Shown one piece after another: positions 9,251 to 18,669 of a stretch of 60,962 nt of DNA. Each line of letters begins with the position of its first letter. Positions within the stretch are counted from its first letter, which is position 1. The notes under the pieces were generated by a model. That model saw only the letters and a program-made list of their open reading frames with translations, ran no database searches and was not told the DNA's origin. Location of the stretch: positions 22,407 through 83,368 of the forward strand of contig CAZNHE010000003.1 of NCBI GenBank assembly GCA_964572735.1. Direction: 5' to 3'. Made by a program: the position numbers and the translations under genes. The stretch comes from an uncultured Chitinophagales bacterium (GTDB taxonomy: Bacteria > Bacteroidota > Rhodothermia > Balneolales > DATFMH01).

Positions 9251-10813
9251 ATGAAAAAACCACGTCTGAATTTTTGGCAGATTTGGAATATGAGCTTCGG
9301 GTTTCTGGGGATACAGTTCGGATTCGCCCTGCAGAATGCCAATGTCAGTCGCATTTTCGAAACTCTGGGTGCAGGCATCGACCAGATCCCCATCCTGTGG
9401 GTTGCCGCTCCGGTGACCGGGCTGATTATTCAGCCGATTATCGGTTATATGAGTGACCATACGTGGGGACGACTCGGGCGCCGGCGTCCCTATTTTCTGG
9501 CCGGCGCCGTCCTGGCTTCTGTCGGGCTGGTTCTTATGCCGAATTCACCTTTTCTGTGGGTTGCCGCCGGCCTCCTCTGGATCATGGATGCCTCTGTCAA
9601 TGTTTCGATGGAGCCTTTCCGGGCTTTGGTAGCCGATATGTTGCCGGGTGAACAGCGAACCACCGGATTCGCTTTGCAAAGCTTCTTTATCGGCACCGGT
9701 GCCGTGGTGGCGTCCGTGCTTCCGTATGTTCTCACAAATTATTTTGATATTTCAAATACCGCTCCCCGGGGTGAGATCCCCGACTCTGTAACATGGTCAT
9801 TTTATGTCGGAGCTGTCGTGTTTATCCTGGCTGTCGTGTGGACGGTCGTGCGGAGCAGAGAATATTCTCCTCAGGAACTGGAACAGTTTGAGGAAGACGC
9901 CGCTGTTCCGCAAAAAAAGGAACCGGATAGTGCTCATGCGCAAATCTATGCTGAATACGCCGGGAGCTTCAGAAGGAACGGGTGGACCTGGATCGGTGCC
10001 GGTATAATATTTGCCGTTTTAGTCTATATCATATCCTGGGAGAAGGAATTGTACCTCCTGAGCGGCCTTCTGGGAGCTTTTGGGTTGGTACAGATTATAT
10101 CATCATGGCTTATCAGGAGTGATTATGGAGATAACGGACTTGTCCACGTGGTGGTTGATCTGCATCAAATGCCGAAGACAATGCGGCAGCTTGCTTTCAT
10201 CCAGTTTTTTTCGTGGTTCGCGTTTTTTGCCATGTGGATTTACACCACCGCGGCGGTGACGCATCATATCTACGGCGCGGACGACACCACTTCTGCGCTA
10301 TATAATGCCGGAGCCAATTGGGTAGGGGTGCTTTTTGGAGTTTATAACGGTTTTGGGGCCGTCATAGCTTTTCTGCTGCCGCCGTTGGCAAGAAGAATGA
10401 GCCGGAAGGTCGTCCACAGCATGGCGCTTGTGTTAGGTGGAATCGGGCTGATTTCTTTTTATTTCATTTCCGCCCCGAATGTCCTGATCTTTCCGGAGCT
10501 TGCCATCGGCATCGCCTGGGCAAGTGTTCTGGCAATGCCTTATGCCATTCTGGCCGGTGCCATCCCCGCCCGGAAAATGGGGGTATATATGGGAATCTTC
10601 AACTTCTTCATCGTACTTCCGCAAATCACAGCCGCAGGTATTTTAGGTCCCTTTGTCCGGCATCTGTTTAATGATGAGGCCATTTATGCACTTGTTCTGG
10701 GGGGAATGGCCATGATTATCGCTGCAGTATTGACCTTATTTGTCAATGATGTCGACGAGCCGGCAGTCCGGAAGCCGTATGAGAAAGCAGCGGAGAACCC
10801 GGTGAAAGCCTGA
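9251..10813 (+). CDS. MFS/GPH maltose-sucrose type transporter
   Basis: QIWNMSFGFLGIQFGFALQ, GRRRPY, MEPFRA and GVYMGIFNFFIV motifs; multiple TM segments. Confidence 0.9.
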   Translation: MKKPRLNFWQIWNMSFGFLGIQFGFALQNANVSRIFETLGAGIDQIPILWVAAPVTGLIIQPIIGYMSDHTWGRLGRRRPYFLAGAVLASVGLVLMPNSPFLWVAAGLLWIMDASVNVSMEPFRALVADMLPGEQRTTGFALQSFFIGTGAVVASVLPYVLTNYFDISNTAPRGEIPDSVTWSFYVGAVVFILAVVWTVVRSREYSPQELEQFEEDAAVPQKKEPDSAHAQIYAEYAGSFRRNGWTWIGAGIIFAVLVYIISWEKELYLLSGLLGAFGLVQIISSWLIRSDYGDNGLVHVVVDLHQMPKTMRQLAFIQFFSWFAFFAMWIYTTAAVTHHIYGADDTTSALYNAGANWVGVLFGVYNGFGAVIAFLLPPLARRMSRKVVHSMALVLGGIGLISFYFISAPNVLIFPELAIGIAWASVLAMPYAILAGAIPARKMGVYMGIFNFFIVLPQITAAGILGPFVRHLFNDEAIYALVLGGMAMIIAAVLTLFVNDVDEPAVRKPYEKAAENPVKA

Positions 10814-10953
10814 TTGCAGGACGACAGCTTTTCGGAACAGGTTTTTTATATGGTGTAAAACGCAAAAAACCGGATAATCCGGTGCCGGGTTCTTCTAACA
10901 CCTGAGGGCCGTTTGGTTACCTAATGTTACGACGGGGCTCATGAATGGCAGAC

Positions 10954-10990
10954 GGGGGGAGATCTCGTTATCTTTCCCCTCTTTTTATTT
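10954..10990 (+). terminator. Possible intrinsic terminator after the MFS gene
   Basis: GGGGGAGAT-loop-ATCTTTCCCC stem followed by a T-rich tract. Confidence 0.4.
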
Positions 10991-11021
10991 TCAGAACCTC
11001 CGGATTCCGTCTGTTCCCTTT

Positions 11022-12017
11022 ATGCTGTTTACACTTTCTGATTTTGATTATCATCTGCCCGATCGCCTTATCGCCCAGCGGCCGGCACATCCAAGAAACC
11101 ATGCCCGATTGTTGGTTTATGATCGTCGGAAAGAGACGATACAGGATGACTTTTTTTACAATCTGAATCATTATCTCGATCCCGCCACCACGCTTGTGCT
11201 CAACAACAGCAGGGTCGAAAAGGCGCGGCTGTTGTTCGGAAATCTTGAAGTGTTTGTTGTTGAATCGTTCAATGACCGCACTGTGGAGGCGATGATCCGG
11301 CCGGGACGCCGGTTCAGGGAAGGCCGCCAGGTCGATCTGACAGATGAAATCACGGCAAAAGTGACACGTGTTGCAGAAGATGGCTTGCGCACGCTCGTCT
11401 TCAATCGTCCGCTTAACGATCCCGTCTTTGAGCCTTATCGACACACCCCGTTTCCACCCTATATCCGGCAGGATGAATCCCTTTCCGAAGAATATCAGAC
11501 GGTGTACGCGCGGGATCCGGGCAGCAAGGCCGCCCCGACAGCCGGACTCCATTTTACTGATGAGCAGCTTCAGGATCTGGAACAACAGGGGATAAAGCGA
11601 GCGGAGGTAACACTGCACGTCGGCCTGGGAACATTTGCTCCTGTTAAAACGGAGAACATTGAGGATCACCGGCTGCATAGTGAATGGTATCGGATCGACC
11701 GGGAAACGGCAGGAAAGCTGAATCATGCCGACTCTATTACTGCTGTGGGAACGACCAGCGTCCGCGTCCTCGAGAGCGCTGTGGAGGAGCCGCGCCGTTT
11801 TACAGCCTGTTCCGGGGAAACGGATATCTTTATTAAGCCGGGCTACGCTTTCAAGGCCGTGGATCATCTGGTCACCAATTTCCATCTTCCCAAAAGTACT
11901 TTATTGATGTTGGTTTCGGCGTTTATGGGTTATGAGGAGATGTTCCGGGTTTATCGACATGCCATTCGCGAAGAATACCGGTTTTATTCTTTTGGGGATG
12001 CTATGCTGATTTTGTGA
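11022..12017 (+). CDS. queA: S-adenosylmethionine:tRNA ribosyltransferase-isomerase
   Basis: LSDFDYHLP, PPYI, YQTVYA, AAPTAGLHF, LHVGLGTF, TNFHLPKSTL and YRFYSFGD motifs. Confidence 0.97.
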   Translation: MLFTLSDFDYHLPDRLIAQRPAHPRNHARLLVYDRRKETIQDDFFYNLNHYLDPATTLVLNNSRVEKARLLFGNLEVFVVESFNDRTVEAMIRPGRRFREGRQVDLTDEITAKVTRVAEDGLRTLVFNRPLNDPVFEPYRHTPFPPYIRQDESLSEEYQTVYARDPGSKAAPTAGLHFTDEQLQDLEQQGIKRAEVTLHVGLGTFAPVKTENIEDHRLHSEWYRIDRETAGKLNHADSITAVGTTSVRVLESAVEEPRRFTACSGETDIFIKPGYAFKAVDHLVTNFHLPKSTLLMLVSAFMGYEEMFRVYRHAIREEYRFYSFGDAMLIL

Positions 12018-12031
12018 TGGCGTGCTTTTTT

Positions 12032-12147
12032 ACCACAATGAACACAATGGCTTCACAATGTCCGCAAAGACGACTACATAGTGAGCATTGTGAGATTTTT
12101 GTGCTCATTGTGGTTTATTTTTCATCACAACGTTCACAAAGACTATG
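12032..12147. repeat. Imperfect palindromic element built from CACAATG/CACAAAG units (copy 1)
   Basis: Arm 12032-12069 is largely the reverse complement of arm 12077-12114; partial third arm at 12124-12147; related to the element at 50688-50770. Confidence 0.75.
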
Positions 12148-12245
12148 TAATCACTTTCACCTTCATGCTTCGTAAATGAAAATTATACCACACTTACTAT
12201 CTTAGGTGAAATTTTACTTTAAAGACCTTTTAAAACGAATCCGTT

Positions 12246-12617
12246 ATGGCAAAAATATTTCTTATAATCGGCGCGATATGCGCCTTTCTTTCTGTTGGAT
12301 TCGGCGCCTTCGGAGCACACGCCCTGCGTGATCATATCAGCCGGGAGATGCTGGATGTTTACCATACCGGTGTCCAATATCAGTTTTTTCATGCCATCGG
12401 TTTATTGATTGTCGGCATCCTGGCTCTTCATTTTCCTCAATCGGGGTTGTTGCGATGGTCGGGCTGGCTCATGCTGGCAGGCATCATTCTCTTCTCGGGA
12501 AGCCTGTATGCCCTGTCGATAAGCGGGGTCAGATGGCTGGGCGCGATCACGCCGTTCGGAGGTATCTCCTTTCTGATATCCTGGATATTGCTGGTGATTC
12601 TGGCGATCAGGGTGTAG
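12246..12617 (+). CDS. DUF423 (YgdD/TMEM256) membrane protein
   Basis: GAFGAH, TGVQYQFFHA, LFSGSLY and GAITPFGG motifs. Confidence 0.92.
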   Translation: MAKIFLIIGAICAFLSVGFGAFGAHALRDHISREMLDVYHTGVQYQFFHAIGLLIVGILALHFPQSGLLRWSGWLMLAGIILFSGSLYALSISGVRWLGAITPFGGISFLISWILLVILAIRV

Positions 12618-12675
12618 CGGTGAACCATTCCTGGTTATATGAAGGATCCGTACCCGGTTATTTTCCCGCGGCCTC

Positions 12676-13389
12676 TCAGGAAAAAAGGTTCTTTACCACC
12701 TCTTCCTTATATGATTTTCCGATGGGAATGGTCGTTTTGCCGATCTCCAGCTGGTTTCCGTATAGTGAAATTACCTTTCTCCTGTTGACGATGTACGACT
12801 TGTGGACACGCATGAAGCGTTCGGAAGGCAGAATTTCTTCGAGATTTTTTAAAGATTCGAGAGCGACGATTTTCCCCTGACCGGTATGAAAGGTGACGTA
12901 TTCCCGCAGGCCCTCTATATAGAGAATTTCGGAATATCCGATGCGGTAGATTTTATGATCGGCTTTCACCGAAATATAGCCTTCATTTTGGATGATCGGC
13001 TCAGGGGCCGCTCCCGGAACATTTCGCCGCAGCCGTATCAGTTCCGCCGCTTTATTTGCTGCCTGTACGAAACGTTCAAACGCAATAGGCTTGAGCAGAT
13101 AGTCGCAGACATCCAGTTCATATCCTTCCAGGGCATAATCGGGGTAAGCCGTAGTAAAAATGACAACGGGTTTTTGCGGCATAGAACGTAGAAACTCCAC
13201 ACCCGTTAGTTCGGGCATCTGAATATCCAGGAATAACAGGTCGGCCGGACTCTCCTGCAGGCCGGCCATCGCCGCCATCGGGTTTTTGAATGTTCCTGTC
13301 AGCTCCAGGTAGGGAATCCGCTTTACATAATCGCCGAGCAGAATCCGGGCGGGGTATTCGTCGTCAATGATGGCGCAGGTTACCGTCAT
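12676..13389 (-). CDS. LytTR-family response regulator
   Basis: Receiver motifs IIDDE, FLDIQMP, FTTAY and YLLKP; LytTR motif FMRVHKSYIVN. Confidence 0.95.
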   Translation of the reverse strand: MTVTCAIIDDEYPARILLGDYVKRIPYLELTGTFKNPMAAMAGLQESPADLLFLDIQMPELTGVEFLRSMPQKPVVIFTTAYPDYALEGYELDVCDYLLKPIAFERFVQAANKAAELIRLRRNVPGAAPEPIIQNEGYISVKADHKIYRIGYSEILYIEGLREYVTFHTGQGKIVALESLKNLEEILPSERFMRVHKSYIVNRRKVISLYGNQLEIGKTTIPIGKSYKEEVVKNLFS

Positions 13390-14438
13390 AACGTTTCAAT
13401 TTCCAGGTCAACGAGGAACAGGTCATTTTTTTCTTCGATCCGAAGCCGGTGTTTGCCGGGGTAGAGTAATTCCAGACGCTTGCGCACATTCTGCAGACCG
13501 ATGCCCCCTGAACCGTCTTTTGAGTAAGGCTGCCTGGGGATACTGTTTTCGATCCGGAAGCGGACTTTTGAATCTTCCGTGGTGATGGTCATGGCAATAC
13601 ATCCGTGAGGAACATCATCGATGTTGCTGTGTTTGAAGCTATTCTCGATGAACGGGATGAACAACATAGGCTCCACCGGCAGGGTTGTATCCGCATTCTG
13701 AAAATCAATCCGGACATTCGGCTCCTCTTCGATCTTCAGGCATTGGAAGTCGATATAGTTCAGAATATAGCTCATTTCCTTGCGGAGGGGTACCTTTTTC
13801 TCATTGCTCTCGTAAAGCATATAACGCAGCATCTCGGAGAGCTTAAGGATCATCTCCGGAGCACGTTCGGAGCGGGAGTTGGATAATGAATAGATGTTGT
13901 TGAGCGCATTAAACAGGAAATGGGGGTTGATTTGCGATTTCAAAAATTTCATTTCCGTCTGCAGGTTTTCATTCAGCAGCGACATCTCCCATTGTTTCTT
14001 TTTCCGGTTCTCCGAGATCACCCAGTAAACGGTACTGATGAACAGGATGGCAAGAGACGAGAGCAAATGAGGCAGGATTCTGCGGTAAATCGTGTGCCGG
14101 TTAAAAGAAAAAGGATGAATGTGGAACCGGCTGTTCATCCAGATATTCTGAAATAGCATGCCGTCACTCAGAGCCACTACAAAATAAGTTCCGGCAACGA
14201 GCAAAAGTACGGCAATGCCGTACCAGGTGTACCGGCTGTGTCCCACTAGCCGGGGCAGCAGCAGAAAGGTGTTGAAATAAAACAAAAATGCATCCAGAAG
14301 TACAATGCGGATGGTGAATAGCGCGGCTGCCTGAGATTCGAAGGGAAAAGAGAGCCAGTAAAACATGATCATGGCATAGCCCAGCCAAACCACAATATGG
14401 ATTCCTGCGTTATACCAAATGTTCTTTGATTCTTTCAT
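13386..14438 (-). CDS. LytS/YehU-type sensor histidine kinase
   Basis: About 4 TM helices; LKSQINPHFLFNALN, ENSFKH and GGIGLQNVRKRL motifs; ATG at 14438 preferred. Confidence 0.92.
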   Translation of the reverse strand: MKESKNIWYNAGIHIVVWLGYAMIMFYWLSFPFESQAAALFTIRIVLLDAFLFYFNTFLLLPRLVGHSRYTWYGIAVLLLVAGTYFVVALSDGMLFQNIWMNSRFHIHPFSFNRHTIYRRILPHLLSSLAILFISTVYWVISENRKKKQWEMSLLNENLQTEMKFLKSQINPHFLFNALNNIYSLSNSRSERAPEMILKLSEMLRYMLYESNEKKVPLRKEMSYILNYIDFQCLKIEEEPNVRIDFQNADTTLPVEPMLFIPFIENSFKHSNIDDVPHGCIAMTITTEDSKVRFRIENSIPRQPYSKDGSGGIGLQNVRKRLELLYPGKHRLRIEEKNDLFLVDLEIETL

Positions 14439-14477
14439 GTTATGATGGTACACAAAAAAGAACAATTCACCACGGGA

Positions 14478-14528
14478 ATTCAACGAGAAGATGAGCCTCT
14501 TCAACAAACGGGGCACATTGATCTACGA
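14478..14528 (+). promoter_or_regulatory. Possible LytTR-binding direct repeats
   Basis: ATTCAACGA (14478), CTTCAACAA (14499) and GATCTACGA (14520), at exact 21-bp spacing in the divergent region. Confidence 0.45.
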
Positions 14529-14830
14529 AAAGGTTGACATAATTCCGGCCGGGCCGGAAAGGAAGATTCGCGGCTTTTTTAATCGTTTTCTGCTGCTGTG
14601 GATGAACAAGATCTGTTTCAGATGAAATTCAGATAGATCCCGATCCATCGTTCGCTGATCAAATCGTACCGTAGATTGAATTTATTTTCCGCCGGCCGAT
14701 TCCCGGGGTATTTTGTGTCAGATAATAAGTCGGAAGTACGGATTTCCGGTGGCGCAATCGGAACCGGGGAAATGCAAGTTTCCCCAGGAGCGATGGTCTA
14801 ATGAGAAAAAGGATCCGGGAGTTTCTGAAA

Positions 14831-15391
14831 ATGAAAACAATGAAGTTTCTTGGTACGACAGCTCTCATCCTCCTGATGATCTCCGGGGCGCAGGCTCAGC
14901 GCCGGCCATGGAGAAATCAGCGACATCGTATCGGTCTTCGTTATGGATATCATGTACGCGCTGTTCCCCGGCCGGCGGGCGTCTTAGCGATGATGAAAAG
15001 AAGCCTTTATCGATATCACGCCGGTCTATTGTATCGGCGGGCAGGTGCTTCTTTTGTCGTTATACGCCCGCCGGTGAGAATTATCGTTCAGACATTGCCG
15101 CCCGACTGTCTGCGGATGGCGGTCGGCACGCGCGTGTATTTCTATTGCTATGGCAATTTTTACATGCAGGAAACAAACAACCACAAATCAGGTTATGTGG
15201 TTGTGGAACCACCGATAGGCGCCCGGGTGGATGCTCTGCCCGACGGCTATTGTAAAACAGAGATCGACGGAAATACCTATTACGAGTTCGGAAATGTCTG
15301 CTATAAAGCTGAAGTGGACAAAGATGGCGAGGTATGGTATCGAGTCGCAGGTATAGATCACTCAATGGAAACCAATCCGGATAACCGTTAA
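14831..15391 (+). CDS. Secreted DUF6515-like protein
   Basis: Signal peptide ending AQA-Q; repeated YYxxGxFY / YVVVxPPxG / LPxGY units. Confidence 0.7.
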   Translation: MKTMKFLGTTALILLMISGAQAQRRPWRNQRHRIGLRYGYHVRAVPRPAGVLAMMKRSLYRYHAGLLYRRAGASFVVIRPPVRIIVQTLPPDCLRMAVGTRVYFYCYGNFYMQETNNHKSGYVVVEPPIGARVDALPDGYCKTEIDGNTYYEFGNVCYKAEVDKDGEVWYRVAGIDHSMETNPDNR

Positions 15392-15403
15392 CAATCGTCA
15401 CTT

Positions 15404-15775
15404 ATGAAAACGCTTAAATTTGTCGGGCTGCTCATCCTTCTGCCGTTGATAAGCATCCCCGCGTATGCTCAGCACAGATTCAACTCTGAAGAAATGGCCA
15501 AAAGGCAGAGCCAGAATGTCATCAAAAACATTCCATCGCTCACCCAGGCGCAAAAAGATTCCGTTCAGACGATTTTCGCCAAATATGCAAAACTGACTCA
15601 GGATGCCTGGCAGAATAACTCGGGCGATCGTCAGGCAATGCGGAGTCAGATGCAGAAGCTGCGTTCGGATCGGGATGCCGAACTCAAAGCTCTTTTTACT
15701 AAAGATCAATACCAGCAGTATCAAAAGCTGATGGAAAAAAACAGGCGTCGATTCAGGCAACACCAGAGACAATGA
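15404..15775 (+). CDS. Small periplasmic helical protein, LTXXQ/Spy-CpxP or DUF4890-like
   Basis: Signal peptide ending AYA-Q; LTQAQ and LFTKDQYQQY motifs; Arg/Gln-rich C-terminus. Confidence 0.65.
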   Translation: MKTLKFVGLLILLPLISIPAYAQHRFNSEEMAKRQSQNVIKNIPSLTQAQKDSVQTIFAKYAKLTQDAWQNNSGDRQAMRSQMQKLRSDRDAELKALFTKDQYQQYQKLMEKNRRRFRQHQRQ

Positions 15776-15789
15776 AATATCCTGTTACC

Positions 15790-15820
15790 GCCGGTCCCGA
15801 TGAAAAGGGACCGGCTCTTT
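15790..15820 (+). terminator. Intra-operon hairpin (attenuator or mRNA stabiliser)
   Basis: GCCGGTCCC-N8-GGGACCGGC followed by TCTTT. Confidence 0.45.
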
Positions 15821-15879
15821 CCCCTCCTAACGGCAATTTTTTATTAAGCAACATTTTCTACGCATAAAATACAGGTCTA

Positions 15880-18669
15880 TTGAATTTAGCAGTCGATAAA
15901 AGTACAAGCAGCATAAAAAAGATATCCTCCGTACTATTTTTTCTGATTTTAATCCTGACTATTCAGGCAGAAGCGCAGGAGCTTACAGTTAGCGGAGTCG
16001 TGCGAGACAGTACGGATCACGCTCCGTTGATCGGAGCCAACGTGATTTTGAAAAATACCTCGGATACCACAAAGATGTTCTATGCCGCCACAGATAAGGA
16101 AGGATCCTTCCGGATCAGCGGATTGCCGCCCGACACCTACTTTCTCACCATCAGCTATATTGGGTATCGAAAATATCAGAAGAAGCTTACAGTGGCGGGG
16201 AAAGGGCTCGGCCTTGGCACGATTTACATGGCCATCCGGCCGGAACTGATGGGAAGCATTACCGTTACCGGTCACGTTGTGACCAGTGTGCAGAAAGGAG
16301 ATACGGTTCTGTACAATTCCAATGCGTTCAAGACCAATCCGGATGCCTCTGCACAGGATCTGATCAAGAAGATGCCGGGAATAACGGTTGTGAACGGACA
16401 GGTACAGGCCCAGGGGGAAGCGGTGCAGAAGGTGCTTGTAGACGGGAAGGAATTTTTCGGGGGGGATCCGGCTACAGCTCTGAATAATCTTCCGGCCGAT
16501 GCCATCGCTAAAGTCGAAGTGTTCGATAAAAAGAGCGATCAGGCTCAGTTTACCGGTTTTGACGACGGAAATGCACAGAAAACGATCAATATTGTTACTA
16601 AACCTGATAAACGACATTCGCACTTTGGCAAAGTATATGCGGGTTATGGAACGGATGAGCGAAGGGCCGCCGGAGGAAACATCAATTTTTTCAATGGAGA
16701 TCAGCGCATATCGGTCATCGGAATGTCGAATAATGTAAATCAACAAAACTTTTCCACGCAGGATCTGCTTGGTGTGGTGGGCGCTTCCGGTCAGGGTGGA
16801 GGCGGCTGGCGGGCTCGTCGCCAGACCCGGAATTTCCGTATCGGCTCGCAAAGCGGCATTACAACCACGCATTCACTGGGCATCAATTACAACGACAACT
16901 GGGGTAAAAAGGTAGAAGTAAATGGCAGCTACTTCTTCAACATGTCGAAGAACAACAATGATCAAACGCTCAACCGCACTTATTTTTTGTCGGGTGAAAC
17001 CAACCAGTACTATAACGAAGACAATCTTTCAAGCAGCGATAATTATAACCACCGGCTGAATATGCGCATCGACTATAAGATGGATGATCATAACTCCCTT
17101 CTGATAAGACCGCGCCTGAGTATTCAAAAAAATACCGGCTCCAGCGGCCTGACGGGTATTACCTATTCCTCACAAAATCAGAAGCTCAATCAGTCAGTCA
17201 ATACGTATTCAAACGATGCGGCAGGGTATAACTTTTCCAACAGGCTTCTTTTCCGGCACTCTTTTGCCAAACGGGGGCGCACTTTTTCCGTCCGCATCAA
17301 TACCGGACTCAATAAAAATAATCAATCCAATTATCAGGAAGCGCTAAGCACCTATTATCAGCAGGCCGACAGGAACGATACGCTCAATCAGCATCCCAAA
17401 CAGCTGACGAATGGCTATTCCCTGGATGGGAGAATAGAATATACCGAACCGCTTGGCAAGACGAGCCAGCTTGCAATCAGTTATGATGCTTCCTACAACA
17501 GAGATAAATCAAACAAACGAACGTTGAATTTTGACCCTCTGCAGAATCAATATGCTATTCTTGATACGGCATTATCAAATAAATACAATAGCAACTATGT
17601 AACCAATGCCGGCGAACTATCCTACCGTTATCATACCCATATTGTATCGGCGCGGGTCGGGGTATCTTATCAGAGATCGGACCTTTCGAGTGATCAGACA
17701 TATCCGTCGCCATATACCCTTTCCCGGTCCTATCTCAACTTATTGCCCAACGCGGGGCTGCGCATACGATTCTCCGACAACACCAATCTGCGCATTCGCT
17801 ATCGGGCAGACGTCGATGCTCCTTCGGTCGGGCAGCTACAGGGGGTCGTCGACAATTCAAATCCGCTTCTTTTGTCGACCGGAAATCCAAACCTGAAGCA
17901 GGAATACAGCAACCAGGTGTCTGTACGGTTTTCACACCACAATCCGGATAAGGCTGGTAATTTCTTTGCATGGGTTTCTTTGGAAAAGAGGATGAATTAC
18001 GTGGGCACTGAAACGATCATCGCCGCGAATGACACGACCGTAGGTAACGGCATCGTCTTAAATAAGGGCGCCCAGCTGAGAAGACCCGTAAATATGGATG
18101 GATATCTGAATGCCCGAACCTTTCTGAATTACGGCTTTCCGGTGAATTTTATTGAATCGAACCTGAATATGCACACTACATTTTCCTATTCGAGAACGCC
18201 GGGCATCATCAATCAGCATGAGAATTTCTCCAATTCCTATTCTATCGGTCAGGGATTGGTTATTGGCAGTAATATCAGTGAGAAAATAGACTTCACCATC
18301 TCTGCGGATGTGAATTACAACATCGTGCGCAATTCCATTCAGCCCCAGCTTAACAACCATTACCTGGTGCAAAGTGCGGGCCTCCGACTCAACTGGACGT
18401 TCTGGAAAGGATTCGTCTGGGGGAATGATCTCAATCAGCAGGCTTACCATGGGCTGGGCGGCGCCTACGATCAGAATTATACGCTTTGGAACATGACTCT
18501 GGGAAAGAAATTTCTGAAAGATCACCGGGCGGAGATCAGTGTTACCGTTTACGATCTGCTGAATCAGAATAACAGCATTTCCCGTAATGTGACCGATTCG
18601 TACATCGAAAATCAGCAGACGCAAACTATCCATCGTTATTTCCTCTTCAGCTTATCTTATAAAATATGA
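15880..18669 (+). CDS. TonB-dependent-receptor-like outer-membrane barrel with N-terminal carboxypeptidase-regulatory-like domain
   Basis: VSGVVRD..LIGANV..ISYIGY; plug-like KGDTVLYN, LIKKMPG and VDGKEFFG; GNPNLKQE; C-terminal YFLFSLSYKI. Confidence 0.85.
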   Translation: MNLAVDKSTSSIKKISSVLFFLILILTIQAEAQELTVSGVVRDSTDHAPLIGANVILKNTSDTTKMFYAATDKEGSFRISGLPPDTYFLTISYIGYRKYQKKLTVAGKGLGLGTIYMAIRPELMGSITVTGHVVTSVQKGDTVLYNSNAFKTNPDASAQDLIKKMPGITVVNGQVQAQGEAVQKVLVDGKEFFGGDPATALNNLPADAIAKVEVFDKKSDQAQFTGFDDGNAQKTINIVTKPDKRHSHFGKVYAGYGTDERRAAGGNINFFNGDQRISVIGMSNNVNQQNFSTQDLLGVVGASGQGGGGWRARRQTRNFRIGSQSGITTTHSLGINYNDNWGKKVEVNGSYFFNMSKNNNDQTLNRTYFLSGETNQYYNEDNLSSSDNYNHRLNMRIDYKMDDHNSLLIRPRLSIQKNTGSSGLTGITYSSQNQKLNQSVNTYSNDAAGYNFSNRLLFRHSFAKRGRTFSVRINTGLNKNNQSNYQEALSTYYQQADRNDTLNQHPKQLTNGYSLDGRIEYTEPLGKTSQLAISYDASYNRDKSNKRTLNFDPLQNQYAILDTALSNKYNSNYVTNAGELSYRYHTHIVSARVGVSYQRSDLSSDQTYPSPYTLSRSYLNLLPNAGLRIRFSDNTNLRIRYRADVDAPSVGQLQGVVDNSNPLLLSTGNPNLKQEYSNQVSVRFSHHNPDKAGNFFAWVSLEKRMNYVGTETIIAANDTTVGNGIVLNKGAQLRRPVNMDGYLNARTFLNYGFPVNFIESNLNMHTTFSYSRTPGIINQHENFSNSYSIGQGLVIGSNISEKIDFTISADVNYNIVRNSIQPQLNNHYLVQSAGLRLNWTFWKGFVWGNDLNQQAYHGLGGAYDQNYTLWNMTLGKKFLKDHRAEISVTVYDLLNQNNSISRNVTDSYIENQQTQTIHRYFLFSLSYKI

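Noticed and set aside
10860..11021. preQ1 riboswitch upstream of queA
   Set aside because: No preQ1 stem/A-rich tail consensus; only a terminator-like hairpin
10968..11885. Long antisense ORFs (e.g. 305 aa opposite queA; also 15949-16872, 24228-25025, 32170-33117, 47077-47841)
   Set aside because: Shadow frames of well-supported genes with no recognisable motifs
2413..12017. Clustering of tRNA-related genes (dtd, ybaK-like, queA)
   Set aside because: Not co-transcribed and separated by unrelated genes; likely coincidental
12032..12147. Possible mini-CRISPR
   Set aside because: Units are 7-9 bp in inverted arrangement with no spacers, and there are no cas genes
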